Positions 53,550-63,692 are shown, numbered from the stretch's first letter. The stretch: DNA of 64,000 bases from Chamaesiphon sp. (GCA_965246715.1 CBDFFH010000002.1:64001-128000); one strand, 5' to 3'. Translations and numbers: made by a program. The notes: generated by a model from the letters alone, not told the origin.

Positions 53550-55127
53550 ATGGAAATTAGAAGTCCATCAGCAATTGTCAACGATGCACCAGTGGTGCCT
53601 CAACAAATTGAAGAATTGCATTATCTGTGCTGTCAGCAATCGCTCTTATTAGATTTGGTGACTGATGCCATTATCTTGTGGTCGATCGAAGGGGAAATCA
53701 AATTCTGGAATCGAAGTGCCGAGCGGATGTACGGCTGGCTGGCGGGAGTGGCAATCGGCAAACAAGTTGTCGATTTTCTCTACGATCGCGACGATCTCCA
53801 CTATCAAACCGCACTAGCGGCAACACTCGATCTTGGCGAATGGAGTGGCGAACTCCAGTTATCTACCAGAACTGGAAAAAATGTGACCGTGGCGAGTCAT
53901 TGGTATCCGATCGTCACAGCAGCAGGAATCCCTCACTCGATTTTGACGATCGATTCGGATATCACCGAGCATAAGCTGCTCGAACGCCAATTTTTGCGGG
54001 CACAGCGGCTCGAAAACCTGGGCACGTTGGCGAGTGGGATCGCGCACGATCTGAATAATATTCTCACCCCGATCGTGGCGATTACCGAACTGCTCCCACT
54101 GAGATTAAAAAATTTAGACGTTCGCACTCAGAGCTTACTCAAAACCCTCTCCGAAAATTCCAAGCGCGGACGGGAATTAATCGCTCAAATCCTGACATTT
54201 GCTAGAGGTGGCAACGACGAACATACGATCTTGCAGCCGCGACATCTCTTGGCTGAAGTAGTGCAAATTGCCAGACATACTTTTCCCAAATCGATCGACA
54301 CCAGCCTGCAAATCGAAAGTAGCAACCTATGGACGCTATCTGCTGATGCCACCCAAATCCATCAGGTATTGATGAACTTGTGCATCAACGCACGCGATGC
54401 AATGCCAGACGGGGGCGAGCTAACGATTATGGCCGAGAATATTGCTTTGAGCGATACATATCCAAAACTCCATCCCGATGCTCGCGGTGGGGCGTATGTG
54501 GCGATTACCGTAGCTGATACTGGCGTGGGGATCTCCCCAGAACTATTGGAGCGGATCTTTGAACCATTTTTTACGACGAAGCCGCTGGGGAAAGGGACTG
54601 GGTTGGGACTCTCGACGGTAGTAACGATCGTCAACAACCATCATGGATTTATTGATATTTCCAGTCAGGTGGATAAGGGAACGCAGTTTAGGATATATTT
54701 ACCAGCGATCGAGCGTCTGGAAATCGATCCAGCACCAGCAAGTTTGCCCAAACTTACCGGTCGAGGCGAGTTGATTTTAATCGTCGATGACGAACCCTCA
54801 ATTCGGGAAATTCTGGTGACAACGATCGAGTCTTATAATTATCAAAGTATCACCGCTAGTAATAGTCAACAAGCGATCGAGTTATATACTCAACATCACC
54901 AGAAAATTCACACGATTTTGCTCGATTATATGATGCCAGGTGGCGATCCACTCGATACGATTTCCAGATTTCACTCGATCGATCCCGATGTCCGCACGAT
55001 CGTGATGAGTGGTTTATCGGAACTAGAAATTGCCGCTAAAATTAACGGTGAAACGATCGATTATTTTCTGGCAAAACCGTTTACTACTCAAGCTTTATTG
55101 CAGGCACTTAACGCTACGCTAAATTAA
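53550..55127 (+). CDS. PAS-containing hybrid histidine kinase/response regulator
   Basis: PAS (WNRSAERMYGW), H-box GIAHDLNN, N-box NLCINARDA, G-boxes DTGVG and GTGLGL, receiver IVDD...LLDYMMP. Confidence 0.93.
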   Translation: MEIRSPSAIVNDAPVVPQQIEELHYLCCQQSLLLDLVTDAIILWSIEGEIKFWNRSAERMYGWLAGVAIGKQVVDFLYDRDDLHYQTALAATLDLGEWSGELQLSTRTGKNVTVASHWYPIVTAAGIPHSILTIDSDITEHKLLERQFLRAQRLENLGTLASGIAHDLNNILTPIVAITELLPLRLKNLDVRTQSLLKTLSENSKRGRELIAQILTFARGGNDEHTILQPRHLLAEVVQIARHTFPKSIDTSLQIESSNLWTLSADATQIHQVLMNLCINARDAMPDGGELTIMAENIALSDTYPKLHPDARGGAYVAITVADTGVGISPELLERIFEPFFTTKPLGKGTGLGLSTVVTIVNNHHGFIDISSQVDKGTQFRIYLPAIERLEIDPAPASLPKLTGRGELILIVDDEPSIREILVTTIESYNYQSITASNSQQAIELYTQHHQKIHTILLDYMMPGGDPLDTISRFHSIDPDVRTIVMSGLSELEIAAKINGETIDYFLAKPFTTQALLQALNATLN

Positions 55128-55185
55128 TTATTGGAAGGAATTTACGCTCAACATTCAGTAATGTCAAAACAGATATCCGCCCCAA

Positions 55186-55632
55186 CTAGAGCTTCAGAAT
55201 TTGTGCCGCGACTCGATCGCTAATCGGCATTATCGAGAGGCGATTGCCCTGTCTGACGACAATTAATTCATCAGCGGTAAATCGCTCGCGCAATACCGCG
55301 AGATCGATTTGGTGCTGGAAAGTTTTGATAAATTCTACTTTGACGGTATGCCAACGTGGTGCGGTAGTGGTAGAGCGCGGATCGTAGTAATCGCCTTCAG
55401 GATCGAATTGGGAAGGATCGACGAGTTGCGATTCGATCACCCGCATCAGTCCGACGATCCCTGGTGGTGTGACATTGGAATGATAGAAAAATGCCAGATC
55501 GCCAACTGTCATCGACTTGAGAAAGTTGCGCGCCTGATAATTTCTGACTCCATCCCAGATTGTGACTCGATCGCGTTCTAGATCCGCAATACTATAAGCA
55601 CTCGGCTCGCACTTCATCAACCAATAATTCAA
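55186..55632 (-). CDS. EVE domain protein
   Basis: YWLMKCEP, WDGVRNYQARN, FFYHS, RLSIMPI. Confidence 0.92.
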   Translation of the reverse strand: MNYWLMKCEPSAYSIADLERDRVTIWDGVRNYQARNFLKSMTVGDLAFFYHSNVTPPGIVGLMRVIESQLVDPSQFDPEGDYYDPRSTTTAPRWHTVKVEFIKTFQHQIDLAVLRERFTADELIVVRQGNRLSIMPISDRVAAQILKL

Positions 55633-55701
55633 GCAGTTGTACCAATTAGAGCGGGACGATCTTCCAAATTATTATAGGGAACATTAGGTAATATCTGACG
55701 C

Positions 55702-57396
55702 TTAAATTCCGTGACTTTTGCCGAGTACCCAATGACGGCGGAACGAGCGGGCGAGACTGCTTTCTTTAAATGATAGATAAATCGGTCTACCATGCGGGCA
55801 AGTGCGCGGATTGCGGGTGCGTTGCCAGCGATCGAGTAAGCTTTGCATTTCTGGTAAACTCATCGGCGTACCATTGCGGATCGCACAGCGACAAGCAACT
55901 GCAACCTGTGCTGCTTGTAAATCTCCACCCAGACTGAGTTCGGTAATCGCCGCCGCTAAATCTTCGCGCATCAGTAAGGGTGCGGGTGCCGTCCGAATCG
56001 CCCACAAGCCTTCCCCGAAAGAATCTACAGTGAGATCGATCGCTGCTAACTGCTCGATTTGCCGTTCTGACAAGTGCGAGAGAATAATCGGCGGTTCTAG
56101 TGGTAAGAGTTGCCAAGCAGCGGTTATTTGCTCGAATAGCACCCGTTCGTGCGCGATATGTTGCTCTACCAACCACAAGCCATCGGGATGTTCGGCCACG
56201 ATGTAGGTATCGCGCACTTGTCCGACTGCGCGGAGTTCGAGTAAACCCAATCCATCGCCGTCATTTAAAGTGGGTGCGTTATCGTTAGCCCCCAGGTGTC
56301 GCGAGATTTGATATGTGCCCTGCTGTTCGGCAACGATCAGTAATTTCCCGATCCGACTGGTACGCTCGTCTGCATCGATCTGTTCGGGATGCAGATTTAA
56401 GGCGCGATCGATCGCATCTACCACTCGTGATTGCCAGTATTCGAGCTGTTGGAGATAGATCTCGACTTTAGCAGGGTGACGATTCCAATCGATGTAGTGC
56501 GGCGGGATCTGAAGATGGAGAAAACAGACGGGATAGCGATCGCGTGGTAAGGTGCGCGCTAACGCACTAACGATTGTTTGTTCTAGTTCTGGTACTCTCA
56601 CGATCCGCCCATTAACCGCTACCTTTACCCAGTCTAAGCGATGGCGATGACAGCGATCGGGTAAACCTAATGTGAGTCGAACTTGTGAATTGAGAATTTC
56701 CCCATCTGGCTCAGAAACGTTAAGTTCCACGTATTGCAGATCGCTAACTCTGACTTTCGGTAATAGTTGGGGAATCAGTTGCTGGGCCGTTTTACTCGCT
56801 ACTAGCTGAAACCACTGGCGACTATCTTGGTGGAGCGTCCAACTGACCTGTGGATGACACAGTGCGAGATGGTAAATTACCAACTGGACTTGGCGCAATT
56901 GACAATTGAGGTTGGGTAAACCTTCCCGTCTGGCTTCCCAATCGCCAAACAGATTTTCGACGCTAATGACGGTACCGGAGGCAATCGCGACTTCCTGATA
57001 GCGGACGACTTCCCCCTGATGGTTATAAACTAGATGCCAACCGTCGGGACTGTGGCGGGGACGGCTGTAGATTTCCAGATCGGCAAGTTGGGCGAGACTG
57101 TGCAGTGCTTCGCCCCGAAACCCCAGACTGGTAATGTGAAATAAGTCATCGCGATCGCCAATTTTACTGGTACTGTGAGCGGTCGCAGCTTGGTGCAGAT
57201 CTGTTAATTCGATCCCACTGCCATTATCGGCGACGCGGATTTGCCAGCGATCGAGCAGTAGTGAAACCGTAATTCTCGTCGCTCCAGCATCGAGAGCATT
57301 TTCACAAAGTTCGCGGACGACAGCAGCGAGCGAGTCAATTACTTCTCCCGCCGCGATCGTATGAATTACATCAATGGGTAGAGTCAGAATCGACAT
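55702..57396 (-). CDS. mutL: DNA mismatch repair endonuclease MutL
   Basis: IAAGEVI, ENALDAGA, HSTSK, LGFRGEAL, EQHIAHER, ACR, CPHGRP. Confidence 0.96.
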   Translation of the reverse strand: MSILTLPIDVIHTIAAGEVIDSLAAVVRELCENALDAGATRITVSLLLDRWQIRVADNGSGIELTDLHQAATAHSTSKIGDRDDLFHITSLGFRGEALHSLAQLADLEIYSRPRHSPDGWHLVYNHQGEVVRYQEVAIASGTVISVENLFGDWEARREGLPNLNCQLRQVQLVIYHLALCHPQVSWTLHQDSRQWFQLVASKTAQQLIPQLLPKVRVSDLQYVELNVSEPDGEILNSQVRLTLGLPDRCHRHRLDWVKVAVNGRIVRVPELEQTIVSALARTLPRDRYPVCFLHLQIPPHYIDWNRHPAKVEIYLQQLEYWQSRVVDAIDRALNLHPEQIDADERTSRIGKLLIVAEQQGTYQISRHLGANDNAPTLNDGDGLGLLELRAVGQVRDTYIVAEHPDGLWLVEQHIAHERVLFEQITAAWQLLPLEPPIILSHLSERQIEQLAAIDLTVDSFGEGLWAIRTAPAPLLMREDLAAAITELSLGGDLQAAQVAVACRCAIRNGTPMSLPEMQSLLDRWQRTRNPRTCPHGRPIYLSFKESSLARSFRRHWVLGKSHGI

Positions 57397-57490
57397 TTAA
57401 CAGCAGGTAGTCAGCACAAATTTTTACCCGGTGGGGGTATCAAACAAGCGAGGCTTAAAATTTCAATCGGTAGCGAGCGAGCGAGCGCAG

Positions 57491-57604
57491 TTAGACCACG
57501 TAAGCGTGGCGGATCGCCCAAATAATTAGAATCGAGATCCCGCCGAGTACCAGCGTTGAGGAGACGACGATCGCTAGTGGACTATCGGCCCCTTTAAATT
57601 TCAT
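57491..57604 (-). CDS. Unannotated 37-aa single-pass membrane peptide
   Basis: ATG..TAA reads MKFKGADSPLAIVVSSTLVLGGISILIIWAIRHAYVV with one clean TM helix; below the ORF-track cut-off. Confidence 0.6.
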   Translation of the reverse strand: MKFKGADSPLAIVVSSTLVLGGISILIIWAIRHAYVV

Positions 57605-57764
57605 GATGCCGCGATCGAGATCTGACATGATTATGCGTGGTAAGGATAGTTTCTCTATACTATTTTAGCAGGAATCGCTCGTCATGGCTCGACGACCGAT
57701 GGTAAGATCCGGTTGTTCGATCTACTAACGCTAAGATTAATATCGATCTAGCGAGTGAGGAATC

Positions 57765-58781
57765 TTGGGGATTGCTGTAGAAAATGTATCCAAATGCTTT
57801 GGGAACTTCCAGGCTGTCGATCGGGTGAGTCTCGAAATTGGCTCTGGCTCTTTGGTCGCACTGCTCGGCCCTTCGGGTTCTGGGAAGTCTACCCTGCTCA
57901 GATTGATTGCTGGCTTAGAAACACCCGATCGGGGGCGAATTTGGCTCACCGGGGCTGATGCAACTCATCAGAGCGTCAGCGAACGGAATATTGGCTTTGT
58001 CTTCCAGCACTATGCATTATTCAAACATTTAACCGTCAGGCAAAATATCGCCTTCGGTTTAGAAATTCGCCAAGCAACCCCCACGACAGTTAGAAATAAA
58101 GTCGAAGAACTGCTCGAATTAGTGCAATTAAGCGGTTTGGGAAATCGTTATCCAGCACAACTTTCTGGTGGACAACGCCAGCGAGTGGCACTAGCTAGAG
58201 CCTTAGCTATCGAACCCAAAGTATTACTCCTCGACGAACCGTTTAGCGCGTTGGATGCCCGCGTCCGCAAAGATTTACGGGCTTGGCTGCGAAATCTGCA
58301 CGATAAAATTCGCGTTACTACCGTCATTGTCACGCACGATCGCCAAGAAGCGATGGAAGTCGCCGACAAACTGGTGATTATGAATCAGGGACATATCGAA
58401 CAAGTGGGTACTCCCGCCGAGATTTACGATCGGCCAGCGAATGCGTTTGTGATGAGTTTTATCGGACAAGTAAATATCCTCCCTGGCAGCGCGAATATCT
58501 TCCAGGGCAGTGGTTTTGAGACGATCGAGCCTGAAGTATTTCTACGACCGCAGGATATCGCGATCGAGACTAAACCAACAACAACTACAGTTAGGGCAAA
58601 AGTCTCGCGAACGATCCATCTCGGCTCCGAAATTCAAGCAGAATTAACGCTCGATGATGGGCAAATAATCATGGCACATCTGACGAGAGAACGCTTTGAC
58701 GAGCTACAACTCGAACCCCAACAGCAGGTATTTGTCAAACCTAAAGAAACTAAATCTTTTCCGATCGATTTTGCGATTTAA
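57765..58781 (+). CDS. cysA: Sulfate/thiosulfate ABC transporter ATPase
   Basis: [34 protein letters not shown]-terminal TOBE; GAGG RBS before TTG. Confidence 0.92.
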   Translation: MGIAVENVSKCFGNFQAVDRVSLEIGSGSLVALLGPSGSGKSTLLRLIAGLETPDRGRIWLTGADATHQSVSERNIGFVFQHYALFKHLTVRQNIAFGLEIRQATPTTVRNKVEELLELVQLSGLGNRYPAQLSGGQRQRVALARALAIEPKVLLLDEPFSALDARVRKDLRAWLRNLHDKIRVTTVIVTHDRQEAMEVADKLVIMNQGHIEQVGTPAEIYDRPANAFVMSFIGQVNILPGSANIFQGSGFETIEPEVFLRPQDIAIETKPTTTTVRAKVSRTIHLGSEIQAELTLDDGQIIMAHLTRERFDELQLEPQQQVFVKPKETKSFPIDFAI

Positions 58782-58821
58782 TGATTAATTATCAGCGACG
58801 ATCGATCTTAGAGCAAACCAG

Positions 58822-58871
58822 CCAAATTTAGGGTAGGGGCAATTCATGAATTGCCCCTACCCTAAATTTGG
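58822..58871. repeat. Perfect 50-bp palindrome with GTAG-REP core
   Basis: CCAAATTTAGGGTAGGGGCAATTCA|TGAATTGCCCCTACCCTAAATTTGG. Confidence 0.9.
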
Positions 58872-58894
58872 TGGGCATTTTATCCCGCAATAAT

Positions 58895-59183
58895 TAACGT
58901 CAGTTCGGGATAAGAATTTAAGCTACGCCCCCAATTCAAGCACCCGACGATCGATAAACTCCACCCACAAATCGACCCATAGTGCGGAGCTAATGCGAAG
59001 CGCGTCTTGCTGCTCAAAAACCAACCCTTGTGCAGGGGAGTTTGAGGGGCGGCACCCCGCTCCTCAACGGGGGGTCTGGGGGAAGCCTCCCCCAGATCCG
59101 GGTTCCTCAGCACCAATAACTTAGAACCAAGCACCAGTCCAAGAATGGTCTAAAAGGGAAATCCTCATCCCGAACTGATGTTA
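58895..59183. mobile_element. MITE-like element, inverted relative of 63319-63639
   Basis: TIR ACGTCAGTTCGGGA / TCCCGAACTGATGT; TAATTA duplicated; interior aligns with the reverse complement of 63319-63639. Confidence 0.88.
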
Positions 59184-59187
59184 ATTA

Positions 59188-60504
59188 TCAAGATCGCAAT
59201 TTAAACAGCAACCATAATACTTCAATTAATAGCGCTATGATTGTTGCCATTGCCGCCGCTATCGCCCCACCGCTACCAGCATTCACCGCGCACCAAGCAA
59301 TTGTCAATAACACAGTAGTCCCGATCCAAGTAGCTTGATTGACGCTGCCAGTTTTTGCCGCACTGACCAAGAAACCTTGCATCGCATTTTGCATTGCTAC
59401 CAATAATGGCATCAATGTAAAAATCATCAGTACGGGTTTGATATTATCGGCTAAAACTCGATCGCTGCCGATGAAACCACGCACGATCCAGTCCCCGATC
59501 GTGGTAGTGCTAATAAGTAATAGTAAAACCGAGCAACCGCCACCGACAGATAATGCAAACTTTAGTAGCAATCGATCGGGAACTCGTCCTTGATATTTGA
59601 TAATCATCTGCTGCACCATCCGCGTAGAGTTAGAAATTATTAATACCAAGCCTGAAGCCGCAGGCCATGCGGCGAGGGAGATCGAGGCATCGACACATCG
59701 GGCGACAAGTCCGACTAATACCGCACGTCCGCCCCAAGTAATTAGCATCGAAGTCGCTAATGGTCGATAAAATCGCCACATGCTCGGTAAATTTTGTGGA
59801 AGTGTGGGTGTAGCTAATGGTGGCGGTGAGTCTGTCGCACCACAGCGGTAAGCCACGATCGTAATCCAACAGGCTTCTACTAGTACCCCACCGATGAGTG
59901 CAGCGCCAGCTAAAATCGCCCCAGAGCTATCGATCGCGACCCCGCTAGCTAGAATTATCCCCATCGTTACTAGGCGCGCGATACTCGCTCTAGCGATCGC
60001 TTGCGAGTTGCCACGATGGATCAGCAATCCTTGGAAATAACGCCGCCATGCGATCGCAAACGGCCAGAGGATCAGTAGTAATAGCGATTGCTGGACTTTG
60101 CCAGCTAAAGCTACGGGGATACCCAAGAAGCTCTCCCCCACTCGATCGAAGATGACGGGTAATGCCAGTAGTCCCAGGCACAGACTCAAACTGCCCCCAG
60201 CTAACAGCATAAATTGCCAGAGTACTTGCCGCGATCGACGATCGGCGGCTACCGCATTTGATGCGTGCAGCAGCATGATAATCGGGCTTTCAAAGAAGAT
60301 CGCTAGCGTGCGTGCGATCCCGACTGCGGCCAAATTACTGCGGGCATCTGGTAAGTGTGCGAGTGTCGTTGTCAGCAATGGATCGCCAGCCGCCATTGTT
60401 ACGTCGCTCAGAGACAGTGGGATAAATTCTCGCCACAGTCGTCCGATGCCGATCTGGGATGCGGCTGGCTGTCGATCCTTCGTAAACTTCACAATTGGCA
60501 CCAA
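59188..60504 (-). CDS. MATE/MOP-superfamily-like membrane transporter
   Basis: About 12 TM helices in two repeats; FIPLSLSD, FFESPII, RRYFQG. Confidence 0.7.
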   Translation of the reverse strand: MVPIVKFTKDRQPAASQIGIGRLWREFIPLSLSDVTMAAGDPLLTTTLAHLPDARSNLAAVGIARTLAIFFESPIIMLLHASNAVAADRRSRQVLWQFMLLAGGSLSLCLGLLALPVIFDRVGESFLGIPVALAGKVQQSLLLLILWPFAIAWRRYFQGLLIHRGNSQAIARASIARLVTMGIILASGVAIDSSGAILAGAALIGGVLVEACWITIVAYRCGATDSPPPLATPTLPQNLPSMWRFYRPLATSMLITWGGRAVLVGLVARCVDASISLAAWPAASGLVLIISNSTRMVQQMIIKYQGRVPDRLLLKFALSVGGGCSVLLLLISTTTIGDWIVRGFIGSDRVLADNIKPVLMIFTLMPLLVAMQNAMQGFLVSAAKTGSVNQATWIGTTVLLTIAWCAVNAGSGGAIAAAMATIIALLIEVLWLLFKLRS

Positions 60505-60861
60505 TATCAGTGGGAGGGCGCGACTGTTAGAGAGCTAGTCTCTGCCGCAGCTTGGATCGTAGCACATTCGGTTTTGTCGATCGGTTGCGTTGCGCTCACC
60601 GTCTGGAATCGACGAGATCCGCTCGGTCGCGATTTGCTGTAATTTTAAAATTACAGATCGAACATTTGCGGAATTAACTAAAGATGATTGGAAGTATTAA
60701 TTACAGCAACGAAACCAGAATTTGGAGCGTTTGCTGTAACCAAAGCCTCGATTTGCTCGATAAATCATTATAAATAAATCACTATTTTTTCTAATCAGTC
60801 CGCACGAGAAGATCGAGATCTGAAATTTCAATTTTACTCACGCAGTCATCACCATAAAATC

Positions 60862-61719
60862 ATGATTAATCCACTCAAGCTCTGTTCGACTCTCACCTGC
60901 TGTCTCAGCCTTACTGGAGTAGTCTCGATCGTCGGGTCCGCTACACCTACCTTTGCCGCAGCCACGAATCAAGTGCAACCAACGATCTCACAGTCTCAAC
61001 CTTTCGATCGCGCGATTGCCTACGATCGCCAAGATACTCAAGCACTGGTCAAACAAGGTGCCAGCAAGGTGAAATCGGGACAGTTTGAGTCCGCAGTTAG
61101 TGACTACGATCGGGCGATCGAACTCGATCCTCAATATGCAGTAGCTTATGTCGGTCGAGCGAAAGCAAAAGAGAATTTGGGAGATCGAGATGGTGCAATT
61201 CTCGATTACGATCGGGCGATCTCGATCGATCGGAAGAATGCCGATGCCTATCATAATCGCGGTAAAGCAAAAGAACATTTGGGAGAGTTAGCTGGCGCAA
61301 TTGCGGACTTCGATTTAGCGCTAGCGATCGATCCACAGAATGCGGATACTTACTATCATCGGGGGATGGCAAACGATCGAGCAGATCGGCACAAGGAAGC
61401 AGTGATCGACTTCAATCGCGCGATCGCCCTACAGCCTAAATCGTTTGAAGCTTATCATGGTCGTGGCGATGCCAAAGCCAATTTGAAAGATTTACAGGGA
61501 GCGAGTAATGACTATAGCAAAGCAATCTCGCTAAATCCTCAATATGCGGAAGCTTACTGCAATCGGGGTCTGGCTAAATATAAGCTGGGTGATAAACAAA
61601 GTGCATTTGCCGATTTAAACAAGGCATCAGATATCTATCGTCAACAAAATCGGCTGGATTCAGCTTATCAGATGATCGATCTCGTCAAAAAGTTGAGTCA
61701 AGGAGCAGCTAAATCATAA
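60862..61719 (+). CDS. Exported TPR repeat protein
   Basis: Signal peptide plus about 6 TPRs (DYDRAIxIDP..AxAYxNRG). Confidence 0.9.
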   Translation: MINPLKLCSTLTCCLSLTGVVSIVGSATPTFAAATNQVQPTISQSQPFDRAIAYDRQDTQALVKQGASKVKSGQFESAVSDYDRAIELDPQYAVAYVGRAKAKENLGDRDGAILDYDRAISIDRKNADAYHNRGKAKEHLGELAGAIADFDLALAIDPQNADTYYHRGMANDRADRHKEAVIDFNRAIALQPKSFEAYHGRGDAKANLKDLQGASNDYSKAISLNPQYAEAYCNRGLAKYKLGDKQSAFADLNKASDIYRQQNRLDSAYQMIDLVKKLSQGAAKS

Positions 61720-61806
61720 GTTTCGATCGTAGAGTCATTCAGATCGAGCGGCACGAGCGATCGACTAAGCTAAAATTATTGATATGCCACCAACTGAGAA
61801 ACCGCG

Positions 61807-62220
61807 ATGATGCGCTGGCGACTAGCCTCGAACATAGCTCTCGTAGCAACAATAATTACGCTCCAAGCTTGTAATGTCCAACTAAAGCATGGCGCAGCTA
61901 CACCCGATTTAGTGGTCGAGCAATATATTTTAGCTTTAGAAACAAGAGATTATGCTCTGATGACGAAGCTCCAGCCACAAAACTCTGTGAGTAAAGCAAC
62001 TGCACCTACAATCTCCCGTCTGGGTGGGCACCAGTTTCAAGATCTTCAATTTACATACACTAAAACTAAGCCAACTTTGCGGGTGGCCAAAATAACTGCT
62101 GTTTACCTCGATCGCAAGAATAACCGACACAAGTTTGAAGATACGATCTCAATTATTTATCAAGGTACGGAATCGTGGAAATTATACCGAGGCCGTTGGT
62201 ATTTATCATTGAGTAGTTAG
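61807..62220 (+). CDS. Hypothetical lipoprotein (NTF2-like pattern)
   Basis: Lipobox LQAC; TPDLVVEQYILAL...GRWYL. Confidence 0.65.
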   Translation: MMRWRLASNIALVATIITLQACNVQLKHGAATPDLVVEQYILALETRDYALMTKLQPQNSVSKATAPTISRLGGHQFQDLQFTYTKTKPTLRVAKITAVYLDRKNNRHKFEDTISIIYQGTESWKLYRGRWYLSLSS

Positions 62221-62233
62221 CTGATTTTGGTCT

Positions 62234-63145
62234 CTAGCTACTATTATCGGCCAGCTCTAAGGCTATTTTTAGCAATCGATTCAGTGTTGGCGAATCATCA
62301 TTCGTGCGCCAGACGATCGAGATTTTGGCGAGACAATCTGCCAGTGACGACCCGGTTGCTAAGTTATGAATCGGTTTATAGACGACCCCTTGACGTTGGG
62401 CTTCTTGAATCGATGCTGGCAAGATCGATACACCTAGATTTGCCGATACCAGACTCACGATCGTTTGCATCTGGATGCACTCCTGAACTACCATCGGACT
62501 GAAACCAGCCGCTTGACAGAGGGTAATAATCGGATCGTATAATCCCGGTGCGAGTTGGCGCGGGAAGAGAATAAATTGCGCTGTTGCGAGTAGCGCTAGA
62601 TCGATCGTTGCCATTGTCGCTAAGTGATGCGAGACAGGCAAAGCGACGACCAAAGATTCTTGAAAAATTACTTCGCTGCTGACATCTGGCTCGATTATCG
62701 GCGGACGCATCAACCCCAGATCGATGCTTCCTTCGCGCAGTAAAATTAACTGTCGATCTGTCGTGAGTTCGTGCAGTTCGATGTGGACTGCGGGATAAAG
62801 ATCGCGAAACTGCTGAAGGATCGCTGGCAAGATATTATAAGTTGCTGAGCCGACAAACCCGATCGAGATTTGGCCTAATTCACCCCGACTGGTTTTGCGC
62901 CCAATTTCGATCGCTTGGGCTAATTGCTGAAAAATTCGATCGACTTGAAGCAGAAATACTTGTCCTGCGGGAGTGAGCGTAACGGATCGTTTGGTGCGGT
63001 TGAATAGCTCGAAACCCAACTCAGCTTCGAGTTGACGGATTTGATGGCTCAATGGCGGTTGCGCGATATGCAACTTTTCCGCCGCACGCCCAAAGTGCAG
63101 TTCGGTAGCAACAGTCCGAAAATAACGCAGGTGACGCAATTCCAT
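62234..63145 (-). CDS. LysR-family transcriptional regulator
   Basis: MELRHLRYF...HFGRAAEKLHIAQPPLSHQIRQLE. Confidence 0.95.
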   Translation of the reverse strand: MELRHLRYFRTVATELHFGRAAEKLHIAQPPLSHQIRQLEAELGFELFNRTKRSVTLTPAGQVFLLQVDRIFQQLAQAIEIGRKTSRGELGQISIGFVGSATYNILPAILQQFRDLYPAVHIELHELTTDRQLILLREGSIDLGLMRPPIIEPDVSSEVIFQESLVVALPVSHHLATMATIDLALLATAQFILFPRQLAPGLYDPIITLCQAAGFSPMVVQECIQMQTIVSLVSANLGVSILPASIQEAQRQGVVYKPIHNLATGSSLADCLAKISIVWRTNDDSPTLNRLLKIALELADNSS

Positions 63146-63204
63146 TCTCGAACGATACCACTCTGTTTGACCTACTGGAGTATTTAAAAACCAATTGGCT
63201 TTAA

Positions 63205-63692
63205 ACAGTTGCTACCCATAACGTAAGTTCGGGTTAAGAATATTGGCTCTGCACTAGCATCGCACTCGATTGAAATCGGTGCTAATGTTGCTAAGTCCGC
63301 CTTCGTGGACTGATTATTTAACGTCAGTTCGGGTTAAGGATTTCCCTTGTAGGCCATTCAAGGACTGGTGCTTGGTCTTAAGTTATTGGTGCTAAGGAAC
63401 CCGGATCTGGGGGTTCCGACCCCCAGATCCCCCGGTGAAGGGCGGAGTGCCGCCCCTCAAACTCCCCTGTCTTGACTCGCTAAACCGTCGGGAAACCCGA
63501 CGAGCGCGAGTCGCTGCACAAGGGTTAGTTGGTTGGCAGCGGGGCGCGCTTCGCATTAGCTTCGCACTGGGAATCGATCTGTGGGTTGGGGTTTATTTTT
63601 TGTGGGCGGATCCGAAATCCTTATCCCGAATTCACGTTATTTAGTCCGCCTCGCGGACTTGGCAACATTAGCAGCGACTTCAGTCGCTAGCA
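63205..63692. mobile_element. Nested repeat complex: hairpin-core element with a MITE (63319-63639) inserted in its loop, which carries a 47-bp module
   Basis: Hairpin arms AAGTCCGCCTTCGTGGACT (about 63293-63311) and AGTCCGC.TCGCGGACTT (about 63643-63660) flank a TIR element with TATTTA duplication. Confidence 0.85.
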
